DNA of 64,000 bases from Vulcanimicrobiota bacterium (GTDB lineage Bacteria > Vulcanimicrobiota > Vulcanimicrobiia > Vulcanimicrobiales > Vulcanimicrobiaceae). Shown one piece after another: positions 1 to 9,199 of this stretch (position 1 is its first letter; each line of letters opens with the position of its first letter). The notes below the pieces were generated by a model. It did no database searches. It was given only the letters and a program-made list of their open reading frames with translations, and was not told the DNA's origin. The stretch lies in NCBI GenBank assembly GCA_963733295.1, contig CAVTCS010000003.1, positions 2,880,001-2,944,000 of the forward strand, given 5' to 3'. The translations under genes were made by a program, and so were the position numbers.

Positions 1-1
1 G

Positions 2-76
2 CGCGAACTCTACGCGAGTCACGCCGGTGCGGCGGAGCGCATGGCGCGCGCGCTGCTCGAGGACGCGGCGGCGTGA
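2..76 (+). CDS. 3' end of an upstream gene (partial, product unknown)
   Basis: Open frame RELYASHAGAAERMARALLEDAAA* from the window edge; its TGA overlaps the GTG of the next gene (GTGA at 73-76). Confidence 0.5.
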   Translation, partial: RELYASHAGAAERMARALLEDAAA

Positions 77-954
77 CCGTCTCGGTCGTCATCGCGACCA
101 AAGACCGCGTGCAGTTCTTGACGAGCGCGCTCGACTCGCTCGCGGCGCAAGTGGCCGCACCCGAGTTCGAGGTCATCGTGGCCGACAACGGCTCGAGCGA
201 CGCGACCGCGGAGGCGGTTGCGCAACGCCAAGGCCGGCCTCACAAGCTCAGCCGAGTTTTCGTTCCCGAGCCGAATCGCGGCAAGGCGCGCAACGCGGGC
301 GTCGCGAGCGCGACGGGGCGCATCCTCATTTTCATTGACGACGACGTGGAGTTGCCGCCGCACTTCCTAGCGGCGCACGTCCGCGCCCACGCCGGGACTT
401 CCCCACTCGCCGTTTCGGGGCCGATCCTCAACGTGCCCGACTACGGCGCGCGGCACAAGCCGTCGTTCGCCAACTATTCGGGCGCGTTCTTTTGCACGTG
501 CAACGTTTCGTTGCCCCGTTCGGTCTTCGTTGAAGCGGGCGGGTTCGACGAAGGTTTCGACCTGTACGGGTGGGAGGACACCGAACTCGGCTTACGCTTG
601 CGGCGCCGCGCGGTCCGCCGCGCCTTCGCTTGGGACGCCTACCTGTACCACATCAAGTCGCCGGCCACCGAAACGCTCGACGTCGTCCTCGGCAAAACGA
701 AAGAACGCGCGCGCATGGCGGCACGCTTGTTGCAAAAGGATGCGAGCCTGCGGATCAAACTGGCGACGGGCGCCTACGGCGCCAACCTGTGGCGCTCGCG
801 GCTCACCGTTCCCGGTTGGACGCTGCCGCTCTACGCCTCGCTGGCTCGCAGCGAACGCATTCCCCGGCCGCTGCGGGCGCTGGCGCGCGCGCAGCTGCTC
901 GACGGCGAGTACACCGGCGAACTGCGGCGCGCTCTGAGGGTCGCGCAGCATTAA
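73..954 (+). CDS. Glycosyltransferase family 2
   Basis: SVVIAT, VADNGSSD, ARNAG, FIDDD (DxD) and GGFDEGFDLYGWEDTELGLRL motifs. Confidence 0.92.
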   Translation: MTVSVVIATKDRVQFLTSALDSLAAQVAAPEFEVIVADNGSSDATAEAVAQRQGRPHKLSRVFVPEPNRGKARNAGVASATGRILIFIDDDVELPPHFLAAHVRAHAGTSPLAVSGPILNVPDYGARHKPSFANYSGAFFCTCNVSLPRSVFVEAGGFDEGFDLYGWEDTELGLRLRRRAVRRAFAWDAYLYHIKSPATETLDVVLGKTKERARMAARLLQKDASLRIKLATGAYGANLWRSRLTVPGWTLPLYASLARSERIPRPLRALARAQLLDGEYTGELRRALRVAQH

Positions 955-973
955 CATTCTGCCGCGCCGGCGC

Positions 974-1942
974 GTGCTGCTCGTGCGTTTGGACGGCATC
1001 GGCGATGCGCTCGTGTGCGCGCCCCTCGTGGCGGCGCTCAAGTCGGCCGGCCACGAGTTGGGCGCCGTGTTGTCGACGCGCAACCGCGAGGCGTTCGCCG
1101 CGGGAACCTTCGCGCACGTGCACGTTCTCGAACGCATTCCGTGGCCGAAGCACGGCAGCACGCCGGAGAGCCACGAGGCGGCGCTGGCGCAAGCGCGCGC
1201 CGTCGGCTACGACACCGCGCTCGTCGTCTCGGAGGAACTCGAGGCGTACGAGTTCGCGCGCGCGGCCGGCGCACGCCGGCGAATCGGCTTCGTCAACGGT
1301 TGGGAGAAACCGCTCAAAACCTTGCGCCTCCGGGCTTTGCTCGACGAGGCGGTCGTGCGTCCCGCTTCGGCCGCGCGCTCCGACGAACACGAGGTCGAGA
1401 CCGTCTTTCGCTTGGGTCGCGAGCTGCACGATGAAGCGCTGCCGACGCGCGATCCCGCGCGCCTGGCGCCGCTCGTGCTGGATGCGCCGGCCGCACCGCA
1501 CGGGCGCGTCGCCGTGCAACTCTCGCAGAAGTTGGCGCGTTTCGGCCTCGACGTGCGGACCTGGATCCTTATCCTGCGCGCGCTCGCCGCGCGCACCGGT
1601 CCGGTGCTCGCGCTGGCCGACGACGCGGAGTTGGCCGGCGCGGTTCGTGCAGCCGGAATCGACGTCACGCTGCCCGATGCGTCCGGCTGGAAGGCTGCGA
1701 TCGCGGGCGCCCGGGCGCTCGTTGCGCCGGATTCGGGCTCGGTCCATGTCGCCGGTTTGACAGGGGTTCCATCGCTCGCACTGTTTGCACCGGGCCGCAC
1801 GGTGATGCGCGACATCGCGCGCTGGAGCCCATGGGCGGCGCCCGGCAGCGCGCGCCTCGTCGCGCCCCGCGGCGGCGACTTCCTCGCTCGCGACGTCAGC
1901 GCAGACGTGGAGCGGCTCCTCGTCGAACCTTCGGCGCAATGA
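974..1942 (+). CDS. Glycosyltransferase family 9 (heptosyltransferase-like); true start probably upstream (ATT 950 or CTG 959)
   Basis: LLVRLDGIGD N-terminal motif and DSGSVHVA (DSGxxHxA) C-terminal motif. Confidence 0.88.
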   Translation: MLLVRLDGIGDALVCAPLVAALKSAGHELGAVLSTRNREAFAAGTFAHVHVLERIPWPKHGSTPESHEAALAQARAVGYDTALVVSEELEAYEFARAAGARRRIGFVNGWEKPLKTLRLRALLDEAVVRPASAARSDEHEVETVFRLGRELHDEALPTRDPARLAPLVLDAPAAPHGRVAVQLSQKLARFGLDVRTWILILRALAARTGPVLALADDAELAGAVRAAGIDVTLPDASGWKAAIAGARALVAPDSGSVHVAGLTGVPSLALFAPGRTVMRDIARWSPWAAPGSARLVAPRGGDFLARDVSADVERLLVEPSAQ

Positions 1943-2949
1943 AAGCGCTGGTGATCTGCGCCGGAGGCGGGATCGGAGACGTCCTTTTGGCCACGCCGGT
2001 GATGCGCGCCTTGCGCTCGCGCTACCACGACGTCGTCGCGCTGACGACGCGCGCGCACGCTGCCGTGCTGCAAGATAATCCGGATCTCACGGAGGTCTGG
2101 CACGACGACGGCGTACCCTTCGCGAGTCAGAGCGGACGCATCGCGGCGTACGGTTTCGACGCCGCGGTCGTCACCTGGGCGACGCTGCGCAGCGCAGCTC
2201 TCCCGTTCGTGGGCCGGATTGCGCTGCGCGCGGGGCAGGCGCGCCGGCTCTATTCGACGCTCTTCAACCGGCGCGTGACGGTGCGCAGCGAACTGGGCGA
2301 CCGCACCACCCACTGGACACAGATTCTGCTCGACTTCGCGCGCGCTCTCGACTGCGACACGGCCGACGCGATGCCGTTCTTCGCGACGAATCCGGACGCA
2401 CGCGAAGGGGCCGCGCGACTGCTGCGCGAGGCGGGTGTGGATGGGCCGTATGCCGTGCTGCATCCGACGCGAGGGATCGCGACGCACCGCGAGCGCTGGC
2501 CCGTTGCGCGTTTGGGAGAACTCGGGCGCGCGCTGGGCGCCAGTCTCGAGTGCCGAGTCGTCGTGAGCGGGGCCCAAAGCGATGCGACGATCGCGGAGGC
2601 CGTGGCGCGAGGTGCGGGCGCCGTTTCGCTGGCCGGACGCACGACGCTCGCAGAGTTCGGCGCGCTCGCCGAGAACTCGCGCGCGGTCGTTGCGATGGAC
2701 AGCGGACCGATGCACGTCGCGGCCGCGGTGGGCGCGCCGACGGTCGGGATTTTTGCCTTGCAATCCGACGAACCGGATCGTTGGGCGCCGCTCGGTGCGC
2801 GGACCGCGCTGGTGCGGCCGGACTATCCGTGTCCGCCCGGCCACCGCAAGGAGAACTGTCCCGACTTCGCATGCGTCGCGAACCTCGAGATTCCGCGCGT
2901 GCTCGCGGCCTTGGAAAGCCTGCGCGCGCCCCGCGCCGGCGCACACTAA
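1939..2949 (+). CDS. Glycosyltransferase family 9 (WaaF/WaaQ-like)
   Basis: MKALVICAGGGIGDVLLATP, LAGRTTL and DSGPMHVAAAVGAPTVGIF motifs; ATGA overlap with the previous gene. Confidence 0.93.
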   Translation: MKALVICAGGGIGDVLLATPVMRALRSRYHDVVALTTRAHAAVLQDNPDLTEVWHDDGVPFASQSGRIAAYGFDAAVVTWATLRSAALPFVGRIALRAGQARRLYSTLFNRRVTVRSELGDRTTHWTQILLDFARALDCDTADAMPFFATNPDAREGAARLLREAGVDGPYAVLHPTRGIATHRERWPVARLGELGRALGASLECRVVVSGAQSDATIAEAVARGAGAVSLAGRTTLAEFGALAENSRAVVAMDSGPMHVAAAVGAPTVGIFALQSDEPDRWAPLGARTALVRPDYPCPPGHRKENCPDFACVANLEIPRVLAALESLRAPRAGAH

Positions 2950-3858
2950 TGCGGGCCACGATTCAACTCTGCACCTACGATCGCGCGCACCTCTTGGGCC
3001 GCGTGCTCGAGGCGTGCTTCGAGCAGACCGTCCCGCCGGACAGCTACGAGGTCGTTCTCGTCAACGACGGTTCGCGCGACGCCACGCCGCAAGTCATCGA
3101 AGCGGCGCGCGGCGCAGGCGACCTGCGCGTTCACGGTGGTCAATCAGGAAAACGCGGGACTCGCGCGCGCGCGCAATCGCGGCATCGCCCGCGCGCGCGG
3201 CGAGCGGATCATTTTCATCGACGACGACGTGCTGCCGGTTCCTTCGTTCGTCGCCGAACATCTGCGGTCGCACGCGCGCTCGCCGGAGGCCGTCGTGCGC
3301 GGTGGAGTGATCAACACCGAGAGCTTCGAACGCTTGCCGGTTCCCGTCTGGACGCCGGCCAACTACAGCGGAAACTTTTTTTGGACGACCAACGTCTCGG
3401 CGCCGCTGGCGAAGATTCGCGAAGTAGGCGCCTTCTCGGAGAGCTTTGCGGAGTACGGCTGGGAAGACATCGAGCTCGGGATGCGCCTGCGAGCGGCCGG
3501 CTTGCACGGCGCGTTCAATCGCTTCGCGCTCGCATTTCACTACAAGCCTGCTCCTGAGGCCGCGGACGTCGAGGGAATGTTGCGGCAAGCACGCGCTCAA
3601 GCGCGCACCGCGGTCAAACTCCGCAAACTTCACCCCCACTGGCGGGTCGTGCTCGCGACGGCCGACGACCCCGTACGCCGCTCGCTCCATCGTTTGGGCC
3701 GGACGCTCGGCGTGCCGCAGCGCTTGGCCAAGATCGTGGCGGGCGCGGCGCGCGAGGGACCACTGGATGCGGGGCGCCTCGTTGCCGCGCGCGCGCTGGC
3801 GCGCGAGATGTACTTCGCGGAACTCGAACTGGCGCGCCGCACTACGCCCGACGCGTGA
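2949..3858 (+). CDS. Glycosyltransferase family 2, one apparent +1 frameshift near 3111
   Basis: N-terminus MRATIQLCTYDR..VNDGSRD in one frame; NAGLARARNRG, FIDDD and YGWEDIELGMRL in the next frame. Removing G3111 restores one ORF. Confidence 0.88.
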
Positions 3859-4835
3859 AGATCGTCCTTTCCCGGCTCGACCGGATCGGCGATCTGATCT
3901 TGTCGACGCCGGCAATCGCCTCGGTCCGAGCTTCTTGGCCGGAGGCCGCCATCACGATCGTCTGCAGCCCGCACAACGCCGCGGTGGTCGAACGCAACCC
4001 CGACGTGGACGCGCTCGCGATCCTGCCGCGCGGCACCTCGCCCGGCGCCTTCGGGGCTGGTTTTCGCGACGCGTGCGATCTCGCGATCGCGCTCGCGCCG
4101 TGCGCGCCGGATTTTGCGCTCGTGCGCGCGACAGGCGCACCTGTGCGCGCCGGTTACACCTACGTTCGCCGCTATTTCGCGCGAGCGACGGCACGCTTCT
4201 ACCTCAATCGCGTGGGAATCTCGGAAGCCGACCCGGCACTTTGCGAGCGGGACACGACGCACCGCGTACGACACGAGGTCGACCAGCTCTTGAGCTTAGT
4301 CGAACTCGCGGGCGCGAGCGAGCTGCGCCACGATCTGGTCGTTCCGGTCGGCGATGCCGAACGAGCTGCCGTCGCCGCGGTTCCGGCGGACGCCATCGCC
4401 TTTCACTTGGGCGAACGCTGGCTGCGCGACGGGAGCACGCTGGCGGCCTCGCTCGAAACGATCGCCGCGCTCCGCCGCTTGGGACTGCCGGTCGTCGTGA
4501 CGTACGGCGAGGATGCGGCGGCCGCGGCGGACGAGGCGCGCGCGGCCGGTTGCGCCGATCTCGTCATCGGCAATCTTTCCTTCCTGGAATGGGCCGCGGT
4601 TTTCGAAAAGAGCCGGCTCGTGGTGACCGTCGATACGGGTGCGACGCATGTCGCAAGCGCCACGCGCAGGCCCACGGTGGTCTTGTTCGAACACCGCTAC
4701 TTCCACTTGAACTCACAGGAGTGGGCGCCGTATCGCGTCCCCTCCGTGTGCCTTCGAAAACCTGAGGGCACGAGTCCGAACGAACTCGCAGCGCTGCGCG
4801 AGTCGGTCGTCGCCGCTGCCGCTTCGTTGTTGTAA
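3855..4835 (+). CDS. Glycosyltransferase family 9
   Basis: MKIVLSRLDRIGDLILSTP and DTGATHVASA motifs. Confidence 0.92.
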   Translation: MKIVLSRLDRIGDLILSTPAIASVRASWPEAAITIVCSPHNAAVVERNPDVDALAILPRGTSPGAFGAGFRDACDLAIALAPCAPDFALVRATGAPVRAGYTYVRRYFARATARFYLNRVGISEADPALCERDTTHRVRHEVDQLLSLVELAGASELRHDLVVPVGDAERAAVAAVPADAIAFHLGERWLRDGSTLAASLETIAALRRLGLPVVVTYGEDAAAAADEARAAGCADLVIGNLSFLEWAAVFEKSRLVVTVDTGATHVASATRRPTVVLFEHRYFHLNSQEWAPYRVPSVCLRKPEGTSPNELAALRESVVAAAASLL

Positions 4836-4838
4836 GAG

Positions 4839-5752
4839 ATGCCGCAAGAGCCCGAACTTTCCGTCGTCATTCCGACCTACAACCGCCTCGAGACGTTGCG
4901 TCACGTGATTCCGTCGCTGCTGCGCAACAGCTTGGCGCCCGAACTTTTTGAGATCGTGGTGGCCGATTCGAATTCGAACGACGGCACCGCCGAGTATCTC
5001 GCGCAGGCCGGCGCCGAGGACCCGCGCGTCCGGCATCTGCCGGGACCGTACAGCGGCCGCGCGATGGCGCGCAACGCGGGCATCGCCGCCGCGCGCGGCG
5101 AGGTCGTCATGTTCACCGACGCCGATATCATCGCGTCCGAAACGCTCCTCGAGCGGCACCTGACGCGCCATCGCTCCGCCGGCGGGATCGCCGTGGTCGG
5201 CATGGAGTTGCAAGTCGATTCGCTCGCAACGTACGAGCGGCTGCTGGCGCAGCCTGCCGAGCGGCGTCCGCTTCATCCGGATTCGCGGCGCAGGCTCACT
5301 TGGCTGTACTTCCTCACCGGCAACGCCTCGGTGCGGCGCAGCGATCTGGAACGCGTCGGCCGCTTCGACGAAGGCTTCACCGGCTACGGTCACGAGGATC
5401 TCGAACTGGGTTACCGCTTAGAGGCGGCCGGCGATTCGAATCGTCTACGAACCGCAAGCGGTCGACTATCACTGGCATCCGGTGCCGTACGGCGAGCAGA
5501 AAGAGAAGATGAGACTTGCCGGGCGCTCGACGGTTCGTTTCTATCGCAAGCATCGCGTCTTTCGCCGTGCGCGCGCGGCTCGGCATGACCTCGTTCTCGC
5601 TCGCGGCGCATCATCTGATCGCGAAAAACCCGGGACTCTTGGCGCGTCTCGAGCGGACCGCCGCGCAGAAAGGCGGCCTCTCGCGCAACCTCGTGTACCA
5701 GTACCACTACGTCAGCGGCATCAAGGACGCGTTGGGAGTTTCGGATGCGTAA
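4839..5752 (+). CDS. Glycosyltransferase family 2, two apparent +1 frameshifts (about 5433 and 5554-5557)
   Basis: SVVIPTYNR, ARNAG, FTDAD, GRFDEGFTGYGHEDLELGYRL; continues IRIVYEPQAVDYHWH in the next frame, then SFAVRARLG..KDALGVSDA* in the third, with the stop overlapping the aspS start. Confidence 0.85.
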
Positions 5753-7514
5753 GCTGTCGTGTGGAGCCTTGCGCCGCGGCGACGCCGGCGAACGCGTCGA
5801 GCTCAACGGCTGGGTGAATCGACGGCGCGACCACGGCGGGCTCGTCTTCATCGACCTGCGCGACCGCGATGGGCTCACCCAGATCGTCGTCGCTCCCGAG
5901 CAGCGCGAGGCGTTCGAGATCGCGCAGGCCCTGCGCGGCGAAGACGTCGTCCGCGTCCACGGAACGGCGCGAGTGCGTCCCGCCGGCACCGAGAACCCGA
6001 AGCTGCCGACGGGTGAGGTCGAGCTCGCGGTCGAGGCGCTCGAACTTCTCTCGCGCTCGCTCGTGCCGCCCTTTCCGGTCGCGAGTGACGGCGATGTCGA
6101 CGAAGCGCTGCGCATGACGTACCGCTACCTCGACTTGCGCCGGCCGCGATTGCAGCACAACTTGACCGTCCGCCACAAGATCGTCAAAGCGATGCGCGAC
6201 TTCTTCGACGAGCGCGATTTTCTCGAGATCGAAACGCCCCACCTCATCAAGTCGACGCCCGAGGGCGCGCGCGACTATCTCGTCCCGAGCCGCATCGAGC
6301 CCGGCGCGTTCTACGCGTTGCCGCAATCGCCGCAACTGCTCAAGCAAATCCTGATGATCGGCGGCCTCGGCCGTTACATGCAGATCGCGCGTTGCTTCCG
6401 GGACGAGGATTTGCGGGCCGACCGGCAACCCGAATTCACCCAACTCGACGTCGAGCTCTCCTTTGTCGACGAAGACGAGGTGATGGCGCTGATGGAAGAC
6501 TGCATCGCGTACGTTTGGCGCAAGGCACTCGGCTTGGAGATCGCGCGGCCCGTTCCGCGTCTGACCTACGCGCAGTCGCTGGCCCGCTACGGCAACGACA
6601 AACCGGACATGCGCTTCGAGCTCGAGCTGGTCGACGTCGCCGAAGCGTTCGCCGGTACGCCGATCAAGTTCTTGCAAGAACACGCCGCGAGCGACGCGTC
6701 GCGCATTGTGGCCGTGCGCTATCCCGGCGGCGCCGCGCTTTCGCGTCGCGACTTCGACGATCTCACCGAGACCGCCAAGACCTTCGGCGCAGGCGGGTTG
6801 ATCTGGCTCGCCTTCGCGGACGGCGGCTGGAAGTCGTCGATCCAAAAGTTACTCGACGACGCGACCGTCGCGCGCCTGCGCGAGCTGAGCGGCGCCGTCG
6901 AGGGCGATGCGCTGCTCCTGGTTGCGGGCGCCGAGCCGGCCGCTTCGGAGATTGCGGGACGCCTGCGACTGCACGTCGGCGACCGGCTCGGTCTGCGCGA
7001 TCCGAACGAATTTGCGTTCTGCTGGGTGGTCGGTTTTCCGCTCTTCGAGTTCGATCCCGAGACCCAAACGATCGGGCCGACACACCATGCCTTCACCGCG
7101 CCCGCGAGGGGCCAGGAAGCGCTCGTCGAGCGCGATCCGCTCGCGGTCCGCGCGCAGCATTACGATCTCGTGCTCAACGGCTCCGAATTGGGCAGCGGGT
7201 CGGTGCGCATTCATAACCCCGAACTGCAGCAGAAGGTCTTCGAGATCGTCGGACTGAGCGAAGAGCAGATCCAGGAACGGTTCGGTTTCTTCGTGCGAGC
7301 GCTGCGCTACGGCGCTCCGCCGCACGGCGGGATGGCTTGGGGCATCGACCGGATCGTGATGCTGGCGTGCGGCGAGTCGAACATCCGCGACGTCATCGCC
7401 TTCCCGAAGAACCAACTCGCGCGCGACCTGATGATGGAGGCGCCTGCGCCGGTCCCGCCCGAAGCGCTGAACGAACTCGGGCTGCAGCTCCGCGCGAGAC
7501 CCGCGCGTCCGTAG
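5745..7514 (+). CDS. aspS: Aspartate--tRNA ligase (likely non-discriminating Asp/Asn type)
   Basis: GWVNRRRDHGGLVFIDLRD, STPEGARDYLVPSR, FRDEDLRADRQPEFTQ and GAPPHGG motifs. Confidence 0.98.
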   Translation: MRKLSCGALRRGDAGERVELNGWVNRRRDHGGLVFIDLRDRDGLTQIVVAPEQREAFEIAQALRGEDVVRVHGTARVRPAGTENPKLPTGEVELAVEALELLSRSLVPPFPVASDGDVDEALRMTYRYLDLRRPRLQHNLTVRHKIVKAMRDFFDERDFLEIETPHLIKSTPEGARDYLVPSRIEPGAFYALPQSPQLLKQILMIGGLGRYMQIARCFRDEDLRADRQPEFTQLDVELSFVDEDEVMALMEDCIAYVWRKALGLEIARPVPRLTYAQSLARYGNDKPDMRFELELVDVAEAFAGTPIKFLQEHAASDASRIVAVRYPGGAALSRRDFDDLTETAKTFGAGGLIWLAFADGGWKSSIQKLLDDATVARLRELSGAVEGDALLLVAGAEPAASEIAGRLRLHVGDRLGLRDPNEFAFCWVVGFPLFEFDPETQTIGPTHHAFTAPARGQEALVERDPLAVRAQHYDLVLNGSELGSGSVRIHNPELQQKVFEIVGLSEEQIQERFGFFVRALRYGAPPHGGMAWGIDRIVMLACGESNIRDVIAFPKNQLARDLMMEAPAPVPPEALNELGLQLRARPARP

Positions 7515-7533
7515 AAGCGCAAACAAAAGCAAA

Positions 7534-7568
7534 GAAGAGGCCCTCCGCATCGCGCGGAGGGCCTCTTC
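7534..7568. terminator. Intrinsic terminator between convergent genes, probably bidirectional
   Basis: Perfect 15-bp stem GAAGAGGCCCTCCGC/GCGGAGGGCCTCTTC with a 5-nt loop; A-rich flank at 7521-7533 gives a U-tract on the minus strand. Confidence 0.85.
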
Positions 7569-7588
7569 CGGTTGGTTACGTCTTCGAG

Positions 7589-9017
7589 TTAGAAGTGGAA
7601 ACCGAGTCCGACGTACGGCGCAGTGAGACTCGACTGCGACGGTGCGTTGGACTTCGGATTGAATTTCTCGCCTTGATAGCCGGCGTTGAAATAGATTCCG
7701 GTCTTCTTTCCGAAGTTGAGCGTGATACCGCCGTCGTACTTGAGGACCGAGTACGAGAACGGAATCTGCGACCCGGACAGCGGTCCTAAGAAGACCGAGT
7801 TCGGGTAGGTATACGTGCCGGACACGCTCGGGTAGTACCAAGCGCTTCCGAAGAACGTGAACAGTCCTTCGAAGTCGGGCAGCTTATCGAGACCGAAGCC
7901 GGCACCCGCGATGCGCGGATAGCCGAGGTAACGATAGTTGTTCCAGTAGCCGCCCACGCCGATGTAGATGCGCGGGTTTGCGATCTTGATCCCTAAGCGG
8001 ATGTCGAAGTCTTGTTGCTGCGCGGTGAAGAGCGGAACGTAGGCTTGTCCGAGTCCGTTGAACGCCTCCGTGCCCTGGTAACCAGGCACGGTGACGCAGC
8101 CGGGGTCTCCCGGCGGAGCTGCTCGGACAGAATCCGAATTGATAGTTCGGATCGCTGCCGACGACGGTGTTACAACCGGCGGTTCCGGCCGGACAGCCTT
8201 GTCCACCGATGTTGGAGTTGTGCGCGTACTGCCAGTGACGGTAGTCGCCCTTGAGCATCCAGGTCGGCCCGAAGAGCGGGAACTCGATCGCCGCTTTGAC
8301 CAGGTACGATCCGCCTCCGCCGTTGCCGTGGGCGAGTTCGTTGTAGACCTGGGGATCGAACATGTAATCGCCGTCGATGAAGTGTTCGAAGTTATACGGC
8401 GTTGGAGTTGGATGCGGTGGCGGGGGTGGAGGCGGTGGTGGGGGCGGTGGCGGCGGCGGTGGCGGTGGCGGCGGCGGCGTGGGTGGCGGGGTCGGAACCG
8501 GCGCCGGAATGTAACGGACAACCACGAGTCGCTTGTCGGGAACCCAGAGGACGTAGGCTCCCATGCCTTCCGAGATCACGCGAACCGGAACGACGACCGC
8601 GCCCTTGTAGATTTCAGGCGGAACGTCGAGCGGTCGCTCTTCGCCGTTGATGACGACGGTTGGTTTGCCGAGCGTCACCTTGACGTCTGCGCCTGGCTTG
8701 GACACGTCGGCGGTCTTACTCGCCGGATCCCAAGACACGGTCGCGCCCATCTGCTCGAACATCGAGCGGAGCGGAACTAGAATAACGCCGTTCTTTACGA
8801 GCGCCGCGAGGACGCGGTTCTGCTTTTCGCGATCCGGCTTCGTGTAGACGTGCCGATCGTTAAAGAGGATCGGAATTTCGCCGGAAGGCGGCACCCCGAA
8901 GTCGGCGGGCGGAGCGCCCGCGTCGGACTGCGCTTGAGCGGCGCTGCCCGTTGCGAGTGCGCCGATCGCGATCGAGAAAGCCATAAGCCATCCGCGCGCA
9001 CGACGTAGAGTGTTCAA
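7589..9017 (-). CDS. Exported protein: copper amine oxidase N-terminal-like domain, polyproline linker, putative outer-membrane beta-barrel; one apparent +1 frameshift at 8109-8111
   Basis: Signal peptide (..AAQA); LVPLRSMFEQMGATVSWD and VVPVRVISEGMGAYVLW are typical of Cu_amine_oxidN1; 21 consecutive Pro; amphipathic aromatic-rich strands ending YVGLGFHF; GAGGAG SD before the TTG start. Confidence 0.8.
8401..8500 (-). repeat. Polyproline-coding low-complexity tract
   Basis: (CCN)21 on the minus strand at 8415-8477 using mixed synonymous codons, flanked by PT dipeptides. Confidence 0.9.
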
Positions 9018-9199
9018 GGTCGCTCTCCTCGTGAATTTGGTGAATTTCTAGGGCGGCAAACGCCGGCGACGGTTTTGTCTCTCGACAAACCAGCCGTCCG
9101 CAGCACCTTTTCCAAAGGGTCTCGTTCTCCCGTCGCAACGCGCGACGCGAAAAAACCCGAGGGAAAGACGCTCAGGCGGCTCTTGCTCGCCCCGAGCGT

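Noticed and set aside
8401..8500. GGC/GGT-rich repeat as a CRISPR or phase-variable SSR
   Set aside because: It consists of mixed synonymous Pro codons in frame, with no repeat-spacer structure.
9053..9100. c-di-GMP-I-like start (GGCAAA followed by a GCGA-capped stem) on the plus strand
   Set aside because: The required downstream GACGCAAAGC and second stem are missing, and it is on the wrong strand for the adjacent gene.
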